NCBI GenBank assembly: GCA_964016885.1
Contig: OZ024743.1
Location: 202,616,001-202,680,000 of the forward strand
DNA from: Eledone cirrhosa
Taxonomy: Eukaryota
Length of the DNA: 64,000 nucleotides
Direction of reading: 5' to 3'
Part shown: piece by piece, positions 54,618 through 64,000 of the stretch
How positions within the stretch are numbered: position 1 is the stretch's first letter
Layout: each line of letters opens with the position of its first letter
Program-made: the position numbers and the translations under genes
Notes under the pieces: model-generated
Databases searched by the model: none
What the model saw: the letters and a program-made list of their open reading frames with translations, nothing else
Told to the model about the DNA's origin: nothing

Positions 54618-55168
54618 AATATACACACATAAATCGAAAGCGCACACAAACACGAACACACATGTAAACACACACGCATACACAAATAAGCACACGGACC
54701 CAAACACACATACACATAAACACACACACAGACACAAACACATCCACATAAACTCACACACAAAACATACACACAAACTCACACATATACAAACACATAT
54801 ATATATATATACATATAAAAACAGATATACACACACATACACACACATGCACACAAACAAAAATACACACATATATACACATACACACACACGCGCCTAT
54901 ATTTCTCTCATAATCCTATTCTGTTACTCTTTCTGCAACACTTCTTCAACTGCGAACTATCATTATATATGCAATATTTTTTCAATAGATCCTCATTACA
55001 ATTCTAAAGATTTGACAGATGAAATTATAGAACATTTAATCCGGAATTTCTCTCATTTCATTGAATATGTGTGTATGTATGAAAGTATGGATCTGTATGT
55101 ATGCATGTTTATGTATGTATGTATATACATATCTATAAATATCTATATATGTATATAAATATATATAC

Positions 55169-55283
<115 letters not shown>

Positions 55284-55351
55284 TATGTACAAAAATCGAT
55301 ACATACACACACGCGCGTACACACACACATATATATATATGTATATATATA

Positions 55352-55609
<258 letters not shown>

Positions 55610-55795
55610 GCAGTAAGAAACACAGTCAACCGTGTGTCTATTATTACAAGGGTTGAAAAACCACATTTGTTTGAAATATTTAACCAAGAGGCAGACAAAA
55701 TGATAAAATAAAGATATATTATTATACAAACCGCCTCAATAACCAATATATCTCTCGGGCAGATTATCCCTAATCTGTTTCGCCCTCTAATTTTC

Positions 55796-55839
<44 letters not shown>

Positions 55840-56052
55840 TAAAATAACAGATTAAAGTTTAAGCAAAGAATCGCTGCTTTCACCCTTCACGGGATCTTCT
55901 GAAACTAACAAAGTCAATCTGTAAACGCAGAACTGGATATTTCAAAAAACGTTGCAACTGGAGGAAGACAGGAAGACGATACTTTGGTTCGTGGAAACGT
56001 TCGCTGGCAAAGAACGGGAAAAAACGAATAATACGTCATTAATAGGAGCGGT

Positions 56053-56119
56053 CGATAAAATAAAGTACCAGTAATGCACTGGGTAATTGCTGGCCTTGTG
56101 CCTAAAGTAGAAACAATTA
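56053..56119 (+). mobile_element. SINE 3' fragment with 15-bp TSD attaataggagcggt
   Basis: TSD at 56038-56052 and 56116-56130. Confidence 0.85.
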
Positions 56120-56890
56120 ATAGGAGCGGTGAAAAACAATTACGCGCAAAGACAGAACCACGTTTATGGTATAAAAGAGGTCGTAGACTAATGTTCTCTT
56201 AGGTGGTGCATAGAGAAGTTCTCTGGCAATGAACGAAAAAACGAAGATAATAAGTCATATGTGGAGCGAGGAGAACAATAGCACGCAAAGACAAAACCAC
56301 GTAAATGGTATAGCAGAAGTTGTAGACTAAAATTCTAACTAGGAGACCAAATGAATCTCCGCTACAGGGTTAAGAACAAAGTAAATAAATACAATACAGA
56401 AGTAATAGAAACAAATAAATACATACACGCAAACAGATACGTACATACACAAGCATCAGCAAAACCTTACCATAGGTATACAAAACCACGCACATATAAA
56501 TATGTGTGTGTGTGTATACTTGTGTACAAATAAATAAATAATTATATAAACGTATATAAGTAAATAAATACGTATATAACAAGCGCACACACATACCTAC
56601 AAATAAATACACGAATGTTCGGAGACGTACACATATACACACACCCACCATACGTACGAGCCTGCATACTCACGCAGACGCACAACTCCCGTATGCACAT
56701 AGCCAAACCCTAAATGCCAGAATATGTAAAAATTATACGCCATAACAGTCAAATATACATACGAGAAGGTATACATACCTTCACAAAACATACGGTAATA
56801 TATACTTACCTATGCAAATAAGTAAAGGAATGAACAAAACATATACTTAGCTCCCACATCAAGACGTAAAATATCCACGTATAGATCGTG

Positions 56891-58601
56891 CTATCCGTTA
56901 GGGTATAACGTGGGGCTGTAGTACAGGAAAGTTTTGTGCAATTTATGTTTACAAGCCGAAATTGCCTCAAACTTTTTGTTTAAGATGTGGTCTGTGGCGT
57001 AGAGTATTTCCAGGGCCTCAGCGGCGCAGAGGTCACATGGTCTTTTATTTCCGTTATACGATCTAGCCCTAGCTAGGATCTCCCAGTGTAACTTATATTG
57101 GGTGTGGTTGTCTTTTAGACTCCAGATATAAGCTGAAAGTGACGTCATATTCCTTTCTAAAGGGTAACGAAAAGAATGGGTATGCATGTAAAGACGCTGC
57201 TTGAAACTATTTGCGGTTAACCCTATGTAGGCCCTACGGGACATGTGTGTTACAACCTTACATTTGTAGACAATGTTACTAGAGAGGCATTTCCCGGATA
57301 GGGGGTAATCAGCCCGATTCCTACAATTACAGTTAGTACTAACTACAGGGTTGCACGTGTTCCTACGGCTAGGTAGTTTAGCTAAATTTGAAGCTGTGAT
57401 GTTATGTGCAAGGTTAGGAGTCGTAGAGTAAGACATTTTAATAGTATTTCTATTAAAAATTTTACTATATTTATGTGTAGGGGGAAAATACTTCGTAATA
57501 AGGGAAAGAAAGATCTTAGCTAATGGTGTGGCCACCTCCATATTATATGCTGGGTTAAACCAACAAATGCGACGGGATCTATTTCTTCTAGGTCTATTTT
57601 CGTACTCTGTATATGCTACCCTATCGACAAATCCACTTCGAGCAAGAGTTTCATTGTAATAAGTGGAATGGTCGTTGAAAATGCGCTCGTTGGTGGAAAG
57701 ACGGGAAAGTCTCAACGAAACGTTTTTTACCAGGTTCTTGGTTATGCTGGCAGGAAGTTTGGAATGCTTACTTATGTAATTAAGCGTATCATTCGGCTTT
57801 CTATACGGGTAATACAACCCATTCAATAAATTGAGGGTAACGTCGAGGTAATTAACGACCGAGAGATTGGCCTCAACCTGTATAGAGAGGTTGAAGCCTT
57901 TAAAGAAGGCTGTGAGTTCTTTTCTGAACATGTCGCAAGCACGAGATCCGCACTTAGTCATGGTCAAAAGACCATCGTCACGGTATAAACCACCGCCCGC
58001 GTTGGGGAATTCGTCCTTGATAGAGAAAAGAAGGAAAAGGCCAATAAGATCAGTAACCTCCGCAGAGTCACCGGCGCCCATACTCATGTCGAATGGGGTA
58101 CTATTGGATTTTTTAATCCAAATAGAGTAGTCGAAATTAATCACCGACTTTCGGGCATTAAGGATGACATCAACTTCGAAATCCTTAACCACTGTGAGTG
58201 TTTTAGCGAAATTGATAGTTCTAAGGAGAAGTGGTAAAGTGATGGAGGAGTAGTAATTGTTGATGTCGAATTGGATAAAACGGCAATGTTCCTTGTTACA
58301 TATGCCGTTGAACCAATCAATCACCGCGAAAGAATTGTTCCACAGTGCGAGAGGGGCCAAACTTCTAATTTCAGGTATAATTCTATCAAGAATCGTTTTA
58401 CTAAGTCTACCTAAATCGGACTTGGTAGGGTTAATAAGCCGAATAGAGGGGTTGTTCGGAACATTGGATTTGTGATCCTTCAGGGTAAAGTGGGGAGAGA
58501 TAGGGTCCAGAGGTTCGGTCCGGTCCAGGATGTTGAGATCAGATGTGATTTTAAACCCAGCATCGTTGATTTCATTGATGACACACCGATTAGTTTTACG
58601 G
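56891..58601 (-). CDS. PLE RT plus GIY-YIG, open but N-terminally truncated (first 9 aa of the 578-aa track ORF are microsatellite)
   Basis: TLKDHK, RLINPTKSDLGRLSK, QFDINNYYSSI, GLYRDDG, WFNP, CNCRNRADYPLSGKC, IVYKC..YIG, CDLCAAE. Confidence 0.9.
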
Positions 58602-58622
58602 TATATATATATATATATATAT

Positions 58623-59230
<608 letters not shown>

Positions 59231-59575
59231 TAGATGTATGCATATAAACATATATATATATATATATATACACAGTTCAAGAGTAACCAATCTTAAAGAG
59301 AGAGATTGAGATAGTAGAGGAGATATGAGAGGAAAGATTGGTGAGTTAGTTAGAAGCCAAAGCGTAAAGGTATGTGCTCAATGTGCAATATGCAGTAGAT
59401 ATTTGTGAAATTTGTGGTCTTGTTTTGCTTAACTAATGAATATATATATATATATATATGTATATAGTGGAAGAATGAAGAGTAACATGGTTGGCTGTAC
59501 AACAAGGGGCTTTATTTCAGGTATTGACAATTGTTTCATTGATCAGGTGAGTCTAGAGGTCGCAAATCGCTGGAA

Positions 59576-59852
59576 GTTGCGTCACTCTATCTCTATTACA
59601 TTATTTATCTCTGATCAACATGTCAGAGTACGTAGATATAAAAATAATTCACTCGGGACAAGATATATATAGAAGAGTAGCGTATAATCAAAACAATAAC
59701 ATGAATAATAAAATATATATGGTAAATACTTACAGAAGTTAAAGATGTAAAAGGTAAAAAGTAAATTATTTTCGAGTGAATTATTTTTATATCTACGTAT
59801 TCTGATGTGTTGATCAGAGGTAAATAATGTAATGGAGATCGAGTGATGCAAC
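59576..59852. repeat. Inverted repeat with ~80-bp arms and ~117-bp spacer
   Basis: agttgcgtcactc...aataattcactcg versus cgagtgaattatt...gagtgatgcaact. Confidence 0.85.
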
Positions 59853-60058
59853 TTTCACTATTATTACTCCAAGTATAACCTACATAGGAATTACCGCGAA
59901 ATCGCTGCCTAACTATGGAAACATCTTGTTGAGTTAAACAAAGCCGTACGTTAAAACTATCCACGACGCAGGGTACTCACAACCTCTAACTGGATTACCT
60001 ATAACGATAACTTGTTATCCCATATATGTATATATATATATGTATATATATATATATG

Positions 60059-60109
<51 letters not shown>

Positions 60110-61186
60110 GTTTGTGTATGTGTGTGTATGTGTGTGTGTGCGTGCGTGTGTGTGTGCGTGCGTGTGTGTTTGTGTGCCTGCGTGTGTGTGGGTGTGCATC
60201 ATTCGGTGTGTGACAAGCATGGATCATTGAGAATATAAGGAAATCTCAATGCAATTAAGATGGTCCAATTTAGATTCAGATGCTGCGTACGTTTGATGCC
60301 CGCATGTTTTCAAAGCATTGGCTTGTGAGTAGAGTTGGTTAGAAAGGAGATAATGGGGAAACCTTCTGAATGTTTGTACTTCTTCTGCAAGATCACCGTC
60401 TCTACAAACGCCATGTAATGCTGATTCTGCACGAGGTTATCATGAAATCCACAACAGTCTCATAAATACCCAGAAACATGCGGAAAGTTTAGTAGATCAA
60501 ACCATAATAATGCATATTATCAATAGCGGTAGATGGGGTATCTATACATTTAGAGTCAGTCTGTATTTATTTGCTAGTTGTGTACGTTCGCTAATGAGTT
60601 TCTATTTCACAACGCCTCCTCTGTTCAAGTTACTGAGTTCATTTTTATTCCTTTTGTGTTTCATTTTATTTTAGAGCTTCTATTTTTTCACATCGAAAGA
60701 CGCTTTTTAGTTAAGAATGGTAGAAGTTTGCAAGATAATGTCAAAATTCTAAAACATCTAAGATGAAATACACGTGAAGTTTACTTTTTATATCTAGCTC
60801 ATACGGAATGTATAATTATTGGTTAATGGAAAGACACATTGAAAAAGAATGAGGTGGGAGAGAGAAAGTGGGAACAAAGCAGACAAATGAAGCGGGGATG
60901 GAAGAAACTGAGATAGAATAGAAGAAAATGAGATTATGAGAAAATATATGGCTAAATCGATCGATATATAAACAGATACAGCAACACACCCGTAAAAACA
61001 GACATATACGTTATTAGGAAGCTATTTACACAAACAAACACAGAAACACATACCCACACATACACACACATACACGCGAGCACAGATATCTGAATATATA
61101 CATGATATATATATATATATATTCACATATATGTATATATGTAATGTATAGGTATATATATATACACACACACAGACACATATACA

Positions 61187-61230
<44 letters not shown>

Positions 61231-61258
61231 CGTGTGTATATATATATATATATATATG

Positions 61259-61316
<58 letters not shown>

Positions 61317-61424
61317 CATATGCATATATGCGTATACTCTCACTCATGCACGCACATTCACTCGATAACACACGCACACACCACACACAAACACACAAAC
61401 ACACTCACACTCTCACACATACAC

Positions 61425-61480
<56 letters not shown>

Positions 61481-62086
61481 ATATCGTAATAAAGCATTTC
61501 AAAATGCTGGAGAAGTTTTTCGTCTTACGAATTAAATTAGCATTGTGGCAAAAATAAAGAGAATATTATTATTATTATTATTATTGACAATATTAGTATT
61601 ATCATTATTATCGTCTTTGTTGTTGTTGTTCTTTGTAATGTTATCTTTGCCGTTGATTATTTTTATTTTTATTGGTAGTGTTTATTACGTAATATTTCAT
61701 GTTTGGGATTAAATACGCATTATTATTAATTTTTATTTTTATTGTAGTTGATTTTTTTTAGTATCGTTATGAAGTAATTCGTTCAAAATTGTGTTCTAAA
61801 AATATGAAATAGTTTCAAATAATATATAAAATATTTTTGAAAAAGAAAAAAGAAAGTAATGTCGAAATTTATTGAAATTGCAAAACAAAAGCGAAATGAA
61901 AGTTATTAAAGGTCTGTAGGATTATATTGTGAGTGTTACTGGTTGGTAAAATGTGGAAACTCTAGATTTTAATATAGATTTTCTCATGCACACATTCTTT
62001 GGAATTTATCAAAAGAACAACGAAAACATAACACACACAAACATTTACACATTCACACATATATTTTTATCTTTGTATATATACAG

Positions 62087-62149
<63 letters not shown>

Positions 62150-62266
62150 GTTTGTAGATGTTGTGCGGATGGCTGTGCGTGTGGTCATATAAATATATTT
62201 ATATATATATATATAGCTGTGCGTGTCGTCATATATATATATGACCACACGCACAAACACCTAGAA

Positions 62267-62516
<250 letters not shown>

Positions 62517-62574
62517 ATAAAGAGATACACAGATATATACATATTTGTGTTCAAATAGTAAGGGACCAAATCAT

Positions 62575-62900
62575 GCGAGGCTGATCAAAAATTCACTCGT
62601 TTCCTGTCAGATATGTCATTAAAATAACTAGGTGTGCGATATTGGAATCGCATATGACAATTAGCTAATAATTATGTAGAAAGCAAGGTGAAGCGGTTGA
62701 AGAAATATATGGATATTTGTGCAGATGTTTGTTTTGTGTTGTTTGTGAGTTTGTAAAACTGATGTTGAGGATATCTGTGAAGAGTGCCATGTGGGTATAA
62801 GAAGGGAGGTACGATAGCTCGAAGATGGAAATCAAAATTTGCATGAGGTATTGAAAAATGAAGGTTTCCTAAAGCATAAATCTGTGATGAGCGATGATAG
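62575..62900 (+). mobile_element. Degraded mariner-like transposon 5' part
   Basis: TIR-like cgaggctgatcaaaaa; peptide EEIYGYLCRC..ARRWKSKFA*G resembles a mariner HTH. Confidence 0.4.
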
Positions 62901-63385
62901 AAAAAGCTGATATTTTCACAGCAAGATTTGACAGAATTATAAATATTCCTATTATGTTAATAGTTGTTACTAAAGTTTTTGTTTTTATATTAATTCTTAT
63001 TATTGATATTCCTCTAATTTCACTCTTAGCACTCTTCTCGTTGTAGTTCTTTCGCTATCGAGAATTATTTTTTTGTTAGGTCATAATATATTTTTTCCAT
63101 GTTACTTCAGATCATTGCGATTTGGGTTCAATACCGATTAATTCAACGTTGAATTTCATCTTTTTGTAAACAATGTCAATTGGATCCTCACAGTTCTGCC
63201 TACAGGCAACTCGTAATGAGAACCCGCTCCTCAAAAAAGTTGTCGAACTTATCTGAGTGATACGCGATACGATTTCTCAAAAGCGACTCGTTTTCTCTGT
63301 GCTGCACTATTATATATTAATTTCACATTTTCCTACTCCATTTTAAAATTAACTGGAAATTTGCATGTATACATATTCATACATG

Positions 63386-63440
<55 letters not shown>

Positions 63441-63538
63441 TTGTTAAACAATATTCAATGATTATGTCAAATAATGAGTTTTACAGTAGATTGGAAGCAC
63501 TCAACAGTTAAAAATAATTTTCTAGAGTTATTAATATA

Positions 63539-63842
63539 AAAATATAAGTATTAATAACATATATGTTCTTTTGATCAATTACATTTTATTATACATATTT
63601 CGGATGTACAACAGTACGTCCTCATCAGACAAAATACAATGATACATGACATACCCTGAGATGTTAAATGGTTAAGATTTAATCAAGGTAGTAGACTACA
63701 TTGATTAAATCTTAACCATTTAACATCTCAGGGTATGTTATGTATCATTATATTTTGTCTGATGAGGACGTACTGTTGTACATCCGAAATATGTATAATA
63801 AAATTTAATTGATCAAAAGAACATCTAGTTTATTAATACTTA

Positions 63843-63847
<5 letters not shown>
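63539..63847. mobile_element. Fold-back pLTR with a canonical HHR in each arm (63583-63635 minus, 63752-63804 plus)
   Basis: Arms of about 148 bp, 14-nt spacer 63687-63700; attttgt-CTGATGA-ggacgtac tgtt gtacatcc-GAAA-tatgta-TA-ataaaat. Confidence 0.9.
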
Positions 63848-63913
<66 letters not shown>

Positions 63914-64000
63914 AATGTAACGTGCAGTTACTGAAGATTCACCCGAGTGAGCACTCGATGCGTAGTTCCTAGTCAGTAAAGTGGGTAGAATTAAGGACCG

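Larger units (their letters stand above)
55836..58601 (-). mobile_element. 5'-truncated Naiad-like PLE with ~1-kb 3' UTR/pLTR ending in a family-C HHR (55850-55919)
   Basis: ORF plus downstream sequence, bounded on both sides by (TA)n. Confidence 0.85.

Noticed and set aside
63925-64000. CTGAAGA followed by hairpins
   Set aside because: No GAAA/NUH half is visible before the window ends.

Overview
AT-rich eukaryotic (animal) DNA, saturated with (TA)n/(CA)n/(GA)n microsatellites. The repeat content (Meta-like tRNA SINE, R4/Dong, CR1, Helitron-like pieces) resembles an octopus genome; this is inference. No host gene is confidently recognisable, and nearly all small ORFs in the track are microsatellite noise. 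The window is dominated by Penelope-like retroelements (PLEs): one apparently intact element (737-aa RT plus GIY-YIG ORF between 1.5-kb direct pLTRs), one 5'-truncated open copy, two decayed copies, a 2.8-kb spacer-less palindrome of a Neptune-type 3' half, and many non-coding pLTR fragments arranged as fold-backs in (TA)n tracts. Reading both strands by eye, I find about 22 type-I hammerhead ribozyme (HHR) motifs in about 7 sequence families. They include non-canonical cores repeated across copies (U3-A8 compensatory swap, U4A, an extra base after A9, a ~100-nt stem II) and a non-coding, terminally redundant HHR unit resembling a retrozyme. All folds and alignments were done by eye; boundaries of degraded elements are approximate.
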